Assembly: GCA_030689665.1 (NCBI GenBank)
Contig: JAUYFS010000002.1
Span: 1 to 40,756, forward strand
DNA length: 40,756 nucleotides
Source of the DNA: a bacterium
Lineage (GTDB): Bacteria; Patescibacteriota; Minisyncoccia; Minisyncoccales; JAUYFS01
Direction of reading: 5' to 3'
Shown piece after piece: positions 10,501-18,668 of the stretch (within the stretch, counting starts at the first letter, position 1; each line of letters begins with the position of its first letter). Made by a program: the position numbers and the translations under genes. The notes beneath the pieces are model-generated. The model ran no database searches. It was not told the DNA's origin and saw only the letters and a program-made list of their open reading frames with translations.

Positions 10501-10717
10501 CGGAAATATAATTCGGTTTTCCCAGCTTATAATCCAAAAACGACAATTCGTATTCTTTGCCGGCATAATCACGCATTGGCGAAAATTCTTTGAATAATTC
10601 TCTTAAAGTTTCATCCCAAAATCTTTTCCAGCTTTCTTTTTGATGGCTGATTAAATACGGGGTGGTAAAAGAATAAACTTTGGATTTTGAGAAATTTTTT
10701 ACCTTAATTGAATCCAT
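7514..10717 (-). CDS. rpoB: RNA polymerase beta subunit
   Basis: GDKLAGRHGNKGVI, ANRALMGSNMQRQA, GGQRFGEMEVWAL, SHYGRICPIQTPEG. Confidence 0.99.
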   Translation of the reverse strand: MDSIKVKNFSKSKVYSFTTPYLISHQKESWKRFWDETLRELFKEFSPMRDYAGKEYELSFLDYKLGKPNYISEIEAKSNDDSYEAPLKVKTKLTDLKTGKSKEQEVFLCDFPLMTEKATFIINGVERVIVSQLVRSPGCFFVAEKYGNKNFFGVRIIPNRGAWLEFDTDSAGVIWVKIDRKRKVTATTLLKAFGFKNEEIKNLFKDVDTNKEIKFIEKTLEKDPEQNELEALVGIYHKLRPGELVTPETAREFIENLFFNFSRYDLSRVGRWKIWLRLYPEKEVGKGKKVKISPEERILGKEDIVRSIREIIKLNNTPYSQPDEIDHLGNRRVKTISDLLENRLRIGLMRMERIIKDRMSTVDPQGITTSLLINPRTFGMVVKEFFTSSQLAQFMDSENPLAEVEHKRTLTSTGPGGLTRERAGFEVRDVQPSHYGRICPIQTPEGGNVGLVGHLATFAKINEMGFLETPYFKVEKGKVLQEIHYLSAYEEEKYIIVHAGVPLDDKMRIIPERVEARVKGEPREIEKEKVDYADVSSKLAISIATSLIPFLQNDDANRALMGSNMQRQAVPLINPDVPLVGTGVERNVARDSGLVAISGIDGNVVEIDSSRIKIKGGGNIEEHKLDNFIRTNQYTCLRQTPRVQKGQKIKKGDILTNGAAVVDGRLALGHNLLVAFMSWRGNNFEDAIVLSESLVKNDKFTSIHIEDFTCDVRETKLGPEITTPDIPNIGEERLKDLDEEGIIRIGAEVKPNDILVGKIAPKGETDLTPEERLLRAIFGEKAREIKDTSLLLPHGKKGRVIGIKVFSKETGHKLEPGTLKRIKIEIAQIRKIKAGDKLAGRHGNKGVISKILPDEEMPFLEDGTPVDIILNPISVASRMNLGQILETHLGYAAKKLNYIAISPSLLGANEADIKKELKEAGLPEDGKVTLYDGRTGEPFSERITVGYMYIMKLIHMVEDKIHARSIGPYSLITQQPLGGKTQFGGQRFGEMEVWALEGHGAAHILQEMLTYKSDDVPGRSAVYEAILKGEPIKGPGIPASFNLLVNELKAMGFSVQIERKESEETEE

Positions 10718-10858
10718 AAAAAGTAATTAATTTTTTAGAACAAAACAAAAAACCCAAAAATAGCCCCCTTCTTTTGGGTTCACCTAAATTTATTTATTTA
10801 ATTTTTTACCATAGAAATAAAAAATCAAAGAAAACCAAACTTTTAACGATTAACTTAA

Positions 10859-10886
10859 ATTATAACTGAAAGAAAAAATTTGTCAA
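10859..10886 (-). promoter_or_regulatory. sigma70 promoter for rpoBC, TTGACA-16-TATAAT
   Basis: Perfect consensus hexamers on the minus strand about 140 bp upstream of the rpoB start. Confidence 0.75.
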
Positions 10887-10910
10887 TAGATTTTTTCAAG
10901 GGGGTAAAAA

Positions 10911-13900
10911 CTAGATGCAGACAGCCGAGGCAATCTGGTCTCCCGCCTTAAATTTCATAACTCTCACACCCCTCGCCATTCTTCCTAAAATTGAAATTGA
11001 TTTCAGTTCTGTTTTTATGACTTGCCCCTTTTTGGAAATAATAACCAAATCTTCTTCATTTTCTAAAATTTTGGCAAAAACTATTTCCCCTGTTTTTTCG
11101 TTAACCTTTAATGTGATAACGCCGGAACCGCCGCGCGACTGAATTCTGTAATTGCTTAATTTAACTTTTTTCCCAGACCCATTGCTTGTCAAAATCAAAA
11201 GATTTTCTTTTTGAATTTTTTCCTTGACAATATCCTGAATCGCCACCACCTCGTCATTGGGCGCCAATTTTATTCCTCGAACCCCGGAAGAAACCCTTCC
11301 CATAGTCCTGATTTCTTTTTCTTTAAACCTTATTGACTTGCCTTTTTTGGTAATTATTATCAATTCATCTCCCTTTTCAACCCTTACAACCTGCTTTAAT
11401 AAATCGTCCTTAAGCAATTTTATCGCTTTGATTCCGGTTCTCCTTACATTTTCAAAATCAATTTGCGCCGTTTTTTTGACAATGCCCTTTTTGGTCACCA
11501 TTGCCAAAAAACTGTCTGTTTCGCTTCCTTTTTTAACAGGAATCAAAGAAAGGACTTTTTCTTCAGGGCTAATCTCCAAAAAATTCATCAAACCCCTGCC
11601 CTTTGAAATTCTGCTGCCCTCAGGAATTTCATAGATATTTGTTTTAAACGCTTTTCCCGAATCCGTGAAAACCAACAAACTGTCTCTGGCTGAAGCCAAA
11701 GCAAAATGTTCCACCATGTCTTCTTCGCTGGTTTTCAAGCCAATCATACCCTTTCCGCCTCTTTTTTGAACTTTGTAGGTAGAAGGATTTATTCTTTTTA
11801 TGTAGCCGTCTTTGGTAAGAATAATAATCGTTTCTTCGTCAGGAATTAATTCCTCATCGCTTATTTCCCCGGCTTTTTGGCTTACAACTTTTGTTCTTCT
11901 CGGGCCGCCGTATTTTTCTTTTATTTCAAAAAGTTCGTCTTTCACCACTTTGTATATTTTTTTCTCGTTCTTCAAAATCTCCGTCCATTCTTTTATTTGT
12001 TTTAATTTCAATTCCAGCTCTTCCTTTATTTTTTCCCTTTCCAAGCGCGCCAAGCTCTGAAGTTTCATTTCCAAAATCGCATTGGATTGAATTTCGGTCA
12101 GTTTAAATTGTTTCATTAAATTAATCTTGGCATCGTCCCTGCTTTTTGACGCTTTTATGGTTTTGATAATCGCGTCTATTTTATTTAAGGCCTTGTCCAA
12201 ACCCTCTAAAATATGAACTCTTTCTTTGGCTTTGTTTAATTCATATTGAATTCTTCTGGTTATAACTTCCTTCCTGTGAGAAATAAAAAATGAAAGCGCT
12301 TCTTTTAAAGACAAAACCCTCGGCTGGATTCCATCAACCAAAGCCAGCAAATTAAGGTGAAAATTTTTCTGAAGGTCAGTGTATTTGTAAAAACTGTTTA
12401 AAATTCTTTGGGGCAATGCCTCTGGTTTCAATTCAATCATTATTCTCATTCCGTCTTTATCTGATTCGTCTCTTATGTCTTTTATTCCTTGCAGTTTTTT
12501 GTTTTCAACCAATTTTGCCATTTGCTCCAACAAACCGCTTTTTTCCACTTGAAAAGGAATTTCGGAAATTATAATTTGCTGGCGTCCTGTTTTCGTTTCT
12601 TCTACTTCCGCCTTTCCTCTCATTAATATCGGACCCTTGCCCTGAGAAAACGCTTTGATGATTTCTTTTTTATCAAAAATAAACCCGCCTGTCGGAAAAT
12701 CAGGACCTTGAACGAATTTAAATAAATCTTCGGTAGTGGCTTCCGGATTATCAATTAGAAAAGAAGTGGCGTCAACCAATTCGCTCAAATTATGGGGCGG
12801 AATATTGGTCGCCATTCCAACGGCAATTCCAGTAGCGCCGTTCAAAAGAAGCCCGGGAACAGCGGCAGGCAAAACAATCGGCTCTTTTCTTGTAGCGTCA
12901 TAATTGTCCCTAAAATCAACTGTTTCTTTCGCTATGTCTTTTAAAAGTTCTTCGCCAACCTTGGAAAGTTTTGCTTCGGTATAACGCTGCGCTGCCGGAG
13001 GGTCTCCGTCAATTGAATTATGCGCGAAAATACCAGCGCTTAAAGCAAAATTATGAGTGCCTTCTATTGTTAAATCATAAACATCTGCCGATTCCCCTAA
13101 AAATTCTTTTCTTGAAACTTTGTGGTTTCCATTAATGCTGCACAATAAATAATTAATGTCATTATTATAATATTTTTTAATTCCTAGGTCCCAACCGGTA
13201 AAACTCTTTATTTTAAAAATTGCCTTCCTGATATTTTCATAATTTTCTTTATCCAAAGACAAATTATTATCCTTTAAATAGTGGCATATCTTTTCAAACT
13301 TCTTTCTGCCCGTTAAATTTGTCTCTCTTTTCTTATTTGAATTAACTATCTTTTCGTGAAAAAACTGTTTATATTCAGGAATCCCCCAAAGCCTTTTTAG
13401 GGTAGCCGACGCTCGCTTGCTTATTTCTTTTATCTTTTCTGGATGTAATTCCAAATATCTTTTTGTGCTTTCCCTCAACATCTCAACCATTTTCTCCCTG
13501 TATTCCTGCTTTTCCCAATTTTTACGGTTCCTTAACGACAATCTTTCGGCATAGGATTTCCTATTTTTTAAATCCTCCCAAAACAGTTTTCTTCCCAATG
13601 CAAGCTTTTCTCTATATTCTTTGTCTGTCTTGTGTTTTTCGGATATAAAATTGTAATGGGTTTGCCAATGTTCTTTCCAATCCATTCTAGCTATATTTTC
13701 TGGATTATTGTTTAGTTTATTAAAATCCAGATGATGCCTTATCCTGCCCTTTTTTCTTTCATAAACTTTGTTTAATATATTATATTCATCTGATAAAATG
13801 TGGATAAAATCCCAAAGATTTGAAGACTGTTGAAAAACCATGGTATAACCATTCATATTGGGATCATCTTCCCTGGTTGAACTTCTAAAATAGCAGGGCA

Positions 13901-14555
13901 TTAACGAATCTCCTTTTTCCAGATTTTTTGCCTCTCTGTATTCCCCGTTCTTTAACATGAATTTATGATCCAGCGTACATTTAATTTCCTCACCATTGTC
14001 CAAAACTATTTTCATTATTTCCGCATACTTTGTTTTCCTTGGATATTTTATTTCCGCAATTTTAATTTTTCCGTCGCTATCAACAGTAAAAGTATAATTT
14101 TTCTTGCCTTGTTTATGTTCTTCTATCAGCTCTAAAAAAGACGCGTCTCTTCCGTCGGTTAGTTTAACCTTAGTTTCACCCGTAAAACAACCAAAATTTC
14201 CTTGGCCAATAATCAAAGGATATCTCATTGAAAAATCCTGCGCCATTCTAACCAATGCTTCATAAACAGACGCGTCCCCGTGAGGATGATACTTTCCCAA
14301 AACATCACCGGTAACAGCCGCTGATTTTCTGAATTTAGCGGACGAAGCCAAGCCCATATCGTGCATCGCGAAAAGAATTCTTCTGTGAACCGGTTTTAGC
14401 CCGTCTCTGACATCAGGCAAGGCGCGGGAAACGATAACGCTCATCGCGTAATCCAAGTAAGAATCTTTCATCTCTTTCACGATTTCAACTTGCTGGATTT
14501 GAGAATCTATATTTTGTTTGATATTTTTTATATCCTCTTCTTTTTCTTTTGGCAT
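10911..14555 (-). CDS. gyrA: DNA gyrase subunit A with a 391-aa intein (mature protein about 823 aa)
   Basis: SRALPDVRDGLKPVHRR, YHPHGD, active-site AAQRYTE, and GyrA box QKRGGKG. Confidence 0.97.
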   Translation of the reverse strand: MPKEKEEDIKNIKQNIDSQIQQVEIVKEMKDSYLDYAMSVIVSRALPDVRDGLKPVHRRILFAMHDMGLASSAKFRKSAAVTGDVLGKYHPHGDASVYEALVRMAQDFSMRYPLIIGQGNFGCFTGETKVKLTDGRDASFLELIEEHKQGKKNYTFTVDSDGKIKIAEIKYPRKTKYAEIMKIVLDNGEEIKCTLDHKFMLKNGEYREAKNLEKGDSLMPCYFRSSTREDDPNMNGYTMVFQQSSNLWDFIHILSDEYNILNKVYERKKGRIRHHLDFNKLNNNPENIARMDWKEHWQTHYNFISEKHKTDKEYREKLALGRKLFWEDLKNRKSYAERLSLRNRKNWEKQEYREKMVEMLRESTKRYLELHPEKIKEISKRASATLKRLWGIPEYKQFFHEKIVNSNKKRETNLTGRKKFEKICHYLKDNNLSLDKENYENIRKAIFKIKSFTGWDLGIKKYYNNDINYLLCSINGNHKVSRKEFLGESADVYDLTIEGTHNFALSAGIFAHNSIDGDPPAAQRYTEAKLSKVGEELLKDIAKETVDFRDNYDATRKEPIVLPAAVPGLLLNGATGIAVGMATNIPPHNLSELVDATSFLIDNPEATTEDLFKFVQGPDFPTGGFIFDKKEIIKAFSQGKGPILMRGKAEVEETKTGRQQIIISEIPFQVEKSGLLEQMAKLVENKKLQGIKDIRDESDKDGMRIMIELKPEALPQRILNSFYKYTDLQKNFHLNLLALVDGIQPRVLSLKEALSFFISHRKEVITRRIQYELNKAKERVHILEGLDKALNKIDAIIKTIKASKSRDDAKINLMKQFKLTEIQSNAILEMKLQSLARLEREKIKEELELKLKQIKEWTEILKNEKKIYKVVKDELFEIKEKYGGPRRTKVVSQKAGEISDEELIPDEETIIILTKDGYIKRINPSTYKVQKRGGKGMIGLKTSEEDMVEHFALASARDSLLVFTDSGKAFKTNIYEIPEGSRISKGRGLMNFLEISPEEKVLSLIPVKKGSETDSFLAMVTKKGIVKKTAQIDFENVRRTGIKAIKLLKDDLLKQVVRVEKGDELIIITKKGKSIRFKEKEIRTMGRVSSGVRGIKLAPNDEVVAIQDIVKEKIQKENLLILTSNGSGKKVKLSNYRIQSRGGSGVITLKVNEKTGEIVFAKILENEEDLVIISKKGQVIKTELKSISILGRMARGVRVMKFKAGDQIASAVCI
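13017..14189 (-). mobile_element. Intein in GyrA with an HNH-type endonuclease-like insert
   Basis: Splits GNFG|SIDGD. N-terminal CFTGETKV (C1), block B 'IKCTLDHKF', block F 'VYDLTIEGTHNFAL', terminal HN followed by Ser+1; internal RHHLDFNKLNNNPENI. Confidence 0.93.
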
Positions 14556-14560
14556 ATTTA

Positions 14561-15217
14561 TTATTTAGATTCTAAAACAACTATTTCCATTTCTTTGGCT
14601 TCCAAATCTTTCTTTTTTATGGTTAATTTCTTTTCCGAAACAATGTCTTCCTGTCCCGCTTCTTTCAAAAATTCTTTAACCCCTTTCAAATCAATTTTCA
14701 ATTCCGGAGTTTTATAATGCATTGGAATTATTATTTTGGGGTTTATTTCTTGAACAACTTTCCAGGCCTCGGCAGGACCCAGGGTAAAATTGCCGCCAAC
14801 CGGAACCATTAAAACATCCGGCTCGCCTATTTTTTCTTCTTGATAAGAATTCAAGGTTCTTTGGCAAAAATCAGAAAGATGGCAAATTTTTAAATCTTCC
14901 GCTTCTATTTTATAAATCGTGACCGCTCCCCTTTCTTTTCCCTCCTGTTCATCGTGGAAAGCGGAAATTCCTTCAATATAAATTCCCTTAACTTCAAACT
15001 CTCCGGGGGAATCAATCAAAAAATAATCTCCTTTTACCGCTGATTTATTGTTGTGGTCAAAATGGTCGTGGGAAATTAAAAGAATATCTGCTTCAACTTT
15101 TGGCATTTTTAAACCGGTTTTTTCATCAAAGGGGTCTATTAAAATTTTAATAGGGCCGTTTTTCTCGGTCTGAACATTTATTAAGAAACAAGAATGGCCC
15201 AACCAATTTATTTGCAT
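14561..15217 (-). CDS. MBL-fold metallo-hydrolase
   Basis: WLGHSCF, IDPF, ISHDHFDH (HxHxDH), IPMHY. Confidence 0.9.
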   Translation of the reverse strand: MQINWLGHSCFLINVQTEKNGPIKILIDPFDEKTGLKMPKVEADILLISHDHFDHNNKSAVKGDYFLIDSPGEFEVKGIYIEGISAFHDEQEGKERGAVTIYKIEAEDLKICHLSDFCQRTLNSYQEEKIGEPDVLMVPVGGNFTLGPAEAWKVVQEINPKIIIPMHYKTPELKIDLKGVKEFLKEAGQEDIVSEKKLTIKKKDLEAKEMEIVVLESK

Positions 15218-15225
15218 GATTTTTT

Positions 15226-15270
15226 ACCCTGTTAAATAATTTCGCTGAAAGCGAAATTATTTAACAGGGT
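15226..15270. repeat. Perfect 20-bp palindrome of the ACCC...GGGT family
   Basis: ACCCTGTTAAATAATTTCGC-TGAAA-GCGAAATTATTTAACAGGGT. Confidence 0.85.
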
Positions 15271-15313
15271 GAATTTAAATTACCCCACAAGAAATGGAGC
15301 AAGGTTTAATTTA

Positions 15314-16264
15314 TTATACACTATTTTCTAAAAATTTATAAATAGACAAAGTTGCCGACGCTCCCTGCCCAGCGGCAATGATTATCTGTTTAAAAGGAAA
15401 ATCAATAACATCACCTGCCGCAAACAAACCAGGTGTTTTCGTCTGAAAATTTGATAAATCAACTTTTATTTCTCCCCTTTCATTATAATCAGCCAAATCA
15501 CCGACAAAAAAACTTGTCGGGATATAGCCAATTTCCACAAAAATGCCGTCAATTTCTATTTCTTCCAATTCTTTTTTCAGTTTGTTTTCAAAAACAATTG
15601 ATTTCACAAATTTTCCGCCCGCTTCGCCAAATCGAGGCGAGCCCTTGATTTCTTTAATTTCAGAATTGATTATGGTTATAACGCCTTTTTCTTTTGCCTG
15701 TTCTTGAACCGATTCATCTGCCCTTGGTTTATCACTGCCTTCAAAAACATAAACCTTTGAGCAATAGCTAACAAGCCATAAAGCAGCGCTAAAACCGGAA
15801 TTTCCTCCGCCAATCACTCCGACTTTTTTATTTTTAAAAAGAGGGCCATCGCAAGTGACGCAATAAGAAACGCCTTTGCCCAAAAATTCTTTTTCTCCTT
15901 TGACATTTAAAATTCTTGGCTTGCTGCCAGAGGCGATTAAAACTGCTTTTGATTTAAAAATTTCCTTTTCGTTGTCAGTTAATTCAAAACCGCCATTTTT
16001 CTTTTCAATTTTGGTTATTTCTCTTTCTAGCGGTTTTATTTGAAATTTTTTAAGATGTTCAAAAAATTTTTCTACCAGCTCTGATCCGGATATTTCCAAA
16101 AATCCCGGATAATTTTCAATTAAAATCGCCCTGCTTGCCAAACCTCCCTTTTCAGAACCAATTAGTAAAAAATCCATGTTTTTTCTGAAAGCGTAAATCG
16201 CGGCTGATATTCCAGCCGGTCCTGTACCAACAATAATTAAATCATACACTTTTTGGTTTTCCAT
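15314..16264 (-). CDS. trxB: Thioredoxin reductase (start probably MENQKV; the track extends it to 16315)
   Basis: GTGPAG FAD motif, GVSYCVTCDG redox CxxC, GGGNSG NADPH motif, FAAGDV. Confidence 0.9.
   Translation of the reverse strand: MENQKVYDLIIVGTGPAGISAAIYAFRKNMDFLLIGSEKGGLASRAILIENYPGFLEISGSELVEKFFEHLKKFQIKPLEREITKIEKKNGGFELTDNEKEIFKSKAVLIASGSKPRILNVKGEKEFLGKGVSYCVTCDGPLFKNKKVGVIGGGNSGFSAALWLVSYCSKVYVFEGSDKPRADESVQEQAKEKGVITIINSEIKEIKGSPRFGEAGGKFVKSIVFENKLKKELEEIEIDGIFVEIGYIPTSFFVGDLADYNERGEIKVDLSNFQTKTPGLFAAGDVIDFPFKQIIIAAGQGASATLSIYKFLENSV
15617..15640. repeat. 24-bp palindromic unit in-frame within trxB
   Basis: GCCCGCTTCGCCAAATCGAGGCGA followed by GCCC; same family as the rpoC units; encodes SPRFGEAG. 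Confidence 0.85.
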
Positions 16265-16283
16265 ATTTTTAAAAATCATAAAA

Positions 16284-16335
16284 TTTTGACTTTTGACTTT
16301 TGTTTCATGCTTCATGTTTTATGTTTCATGTTTTA
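16284..16335. repeat. Heptamer tandem repeats (TTTTGAC)n and (TGTTTCA/TGCTTCA/TGTTTTA)x5
   Basis: Read directly at the galU/trxB junction; a similar unit occurs near 30273-30300. Confidence 0.7.
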
Positions 16336-17182
16336 GCATTTTTTCAGTGATAAAAAAATTTGACCTTAACCAATCTTCTTTGGTTCCACATTCAAGCCAG
16401 ATACCATCAAATTCGCACCCAAAAACCTTATTTTTGTCCTTAATCATATTTTTAAGAGCACCCGCTATTCTGATTTCATCGCCCTGTTTCTCATCAATTC
16501 TTTGTAAATAATCCAAAACCTTTGAAGTAAGAATATATTTTCCAATAATAGCCAAATTTGAAGGCGCATCCGTTAGTTTTGGTTTTTCAACAACACCTTT
16601 TATTAAATAAATTTTGTTTCCGACTTTTTCTCCCTTAACTATTCCATAAGAAGAAATCTTTTCTCTCCTAACCCTTGATAAACCGAACACCGGCTTTTTT
16701 TTCTTTTGAAAAACATTTATCAATTGTTTTAATCCCGGCTCTTTTTTTGAATAAATAATGTCATCACAAAATAAAACGGCAATTGGCTCGTCCTTTTTTA
16801 ATAAACTTCTCGCCTTTAAAACAGCGTCTCCGTCGCCGCGCGGAATTTCTTGATAAACATAAGAAATGGTTATTTTCTTAAGAATTCTTTTTAAACGGCA
16901 ATAATCTTCCAGCAGTTTTTTGTTATTTTTAGATTTTAATTTTTCTATTGCTGTTTCGTCGTTTTGAAAATAACTGATGTAATTAACCAACTGCTGTTTA
17001 TCAGGGTTTAAAACAAAAATTATCTCTTCAATTCCGCTTAGAAACACCTCTTCAACAATATACTCAATCATCGGCCTGTCTCCCAAGGGAAAAAATTCTT
17101 TGGAAACAAGCCGAGAATATGGTAAAAATCTCGTTCCAGAACCAGCAGCTAAAATTACCGCCTTTTTAATTTGAAAAGCCAT
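16319..17182 (-). CDS. galU: UTP--glucose-1-phosphate uridylyltransferase
   Basis: KAVILAAGSGTRFLP, SKEFFP, QEIPRGDGDAV, VEKP...APSNLAIIGKY. Confidence 0.85.
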   Translation of the reverse strand: MAFQIKKAVILAAGSGTRFLPYSRLVSKEFFPLGDRPMIEYIVEEVFLSGIEEIIFVLNPDKQQLVNYISYFQNDETAIEKLKSKNNKKLLEDYCRLKRILKKITISYVYQEIPRGDGDAVLKARSLLKKDEPIAVLFCDDIIYSKKEPGLKQLINVFQKKKKPVFGLSRVRREKISSYGIVKGEKVGNKIYLIKGVVEKPKLTDAPSNLAIIGKYILTSKVLDYLQRIDEKQGDEIRIAGALKNMIKDKNKVFGCEFDGIWLECGTKEDWLRSNFFITEKMLKHET

Positions 17183-17183
17183 T

Positions 17184-18425
17184 TTATTTTAGTTTTTTTC
17201 TTAAAAAAGTGGGGATTTCCAACTCATCGTCAAATAAAAGAAACTTTTTCTTTTCTTTTTCTTCTTCCTTTTTTACCTCTATGGGACTTTTTCTTATGGT
17301 TTTTGTTTTTTTCCTTCCTGCTGTCAGGTATGACTTTTTTGGTTCTTGAACAAAAATATTATCTTTTTTCTTTTTTCCCTCAATTTTCCTATCTTTTTTT
17401 TGAGCCGGTTTTTTGCCCTTTTTTGCTGTTTTCTTTGTTTTTTTGCCGGTTTTTTTCTTTTCTTTTTCTTCAAATTTCCCGCCGCAACCTGTAGCTAAAA
17501 GCGTTATTTTAATTTTGTTGTCTTTTTTGTTCCTTAAATTCAAACCAAAAATAATTTTTGCCTGCAGGTTTTGTTTCGTTATTTCTTTGCTTAGCAAATA
17601 CGCTTTTTGCATTGGAGTTTTCTCAGACATTTCTATATTCAGCAAAATTCTCTTCGCCTCGTCCGCATTGTAATCGTATAAAGGATTATTTGTTATTTCC
17701 GCTGTTATTTCTTCAACTGGCTTGGAAATTAAAAATTCTTTTGTCTGAAAATAAGCCAAGTTATCCTGCTTTTTTAAAATGGTTTTTAAATCGGCGAAAT
17801 CCAAGTTTATCAAACCAGTGTTGTAAATCAAATTTATCAAACTGGAAATATTGTCTATCAATAAATTATTAACCATATTAAGGGCTTTGTAAAAAGAGGT
17901 TTTGGGGTCAATTATTTTCAAGATTTTTTCGTTGGAAATAACAGCTAAAGCGTCTGTTTCTTTTTGTATTTTTTTAATGGCGTTATTGGTAATTTTTCTT
18001 TTTTGCGAGCCCTCAAACCTAAAAGGTGTTGTTGCTATCGTCAAAGTCAAAATTTTCATTTCTTTGGCTGTTTCTAAAAAAATCGGCAACGCTCCGGAAC
18101 CGGTTCCGCCGCCCAAACAAGCGATGAAAATACAAAAATCAGTATTTTTCAGGATTTTTGAGAATTTTTCTTTGGCTTCAATCGCCGCTCGCTCTCCGAT
18201 TTCCGGGTTCATTCCCGTTCCCAAACCGAAAGTGATGTTTTCCCCGAAAACAAACGGCTTGATTTTTCCGCCCAATTTTTCCAAAGAACGGCTGTCGGTA
18301 TTAACAGCCAAAAATTCAATTTTATCCAGTTTTGGAGCAACGCTTTTCAAAACCGTAACCCCTCCGCCGCCAATTCCAATGACTTTTATTTTCACTTTTT
18401 TAAAAATTCCTTTGTTTTTATCCAC
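17184..18425 (-). CDS. ftsZ: FtsZ-family GTPase (divergent; GTG start)
   Basis: IKVIGIGGGG, AVNTD, GGGTGSG signature, PFRFEG, T7 loop INLDFAD, C-terminal ELEIPTFLR. Confidence 0.88.
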   Translation of the reverse strand: MDKNKGIFKKVKIKVIGIGGGGVTVLKSVAPKLDKIEFLAVNTDSRSLEKLGGKIKPFVFGENITFGLGTGMNPEIGERAAIEAKEKFSKILKNTDFCIFIACLGGGTGSGALPIFLETAKEMKILTLTIATTPFRFEGSQKRKITNNAIKKIQKETDALAVISNEKILKIIDPKTSFYKALNMVNNLLIDNISSLINLIYNTGLINLDFADLKTILKKQDNLAYFQTKEFLISKPVEEITAEITNNPLYDYNADEAKRILLNIEMSEKTPMQKAYLLSKEITKQNLQAKIIFGLNLRNKKDNKIKITLLATGCGGKFEEKEKKKTGKKTKKTAKKGKKPAQKKDRKIEGKKKKDNIFVQEPKKSYLTAGRKKTKTIRKSPIEVKKEEEKEKKKFLLFDDELEIPTFLRKKLK

Positions 18426-18505
18426 TGGATTGTGATTTTAATATTACTCTATAATTCCATATTTTCACTAAATTTTCAATAAGCGCAAACCTAATTTTAT
18501 TTAAC

Positions 18506-18644
18506 CTGCCGCAACATTGTTTGGCAACTCTCGGAGTCCTGCCAAGCTCGGTCCCGATAAAATCGGGGTGGCAGGACGAGAGCGTAGGCGGTCATCTGCC
18601 GCTGGAGCAGATGAATCGCCGGTGTCAAAACAATATTGCGGCAG
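18506..18644. other. GC-rich, multi-branch foldable intergenic element (candidate ncRNA or nested palindrome)
   Basis: Outer stem CTGCCGCAACATTGTTTGGCA/TGTCAAAACAATATTGCGGCAG encloses two hairpins (GTCCTGCCA...TGGCAGGAC and CATCTGC...GCAGATG). Confidence 0.6.
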
Positions 18645-18668
18645 AAAAATTATAAATCTTGTGTTAAT

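Noticed and set aside
18506..18644. SRP RNA, 6S RNA or riboswitch assignment
   Set aside because: I found no SRP domain IV motif, no 6S central bubble and no recognisable aptamer core by eye; left unassigned pending an Rfam search.
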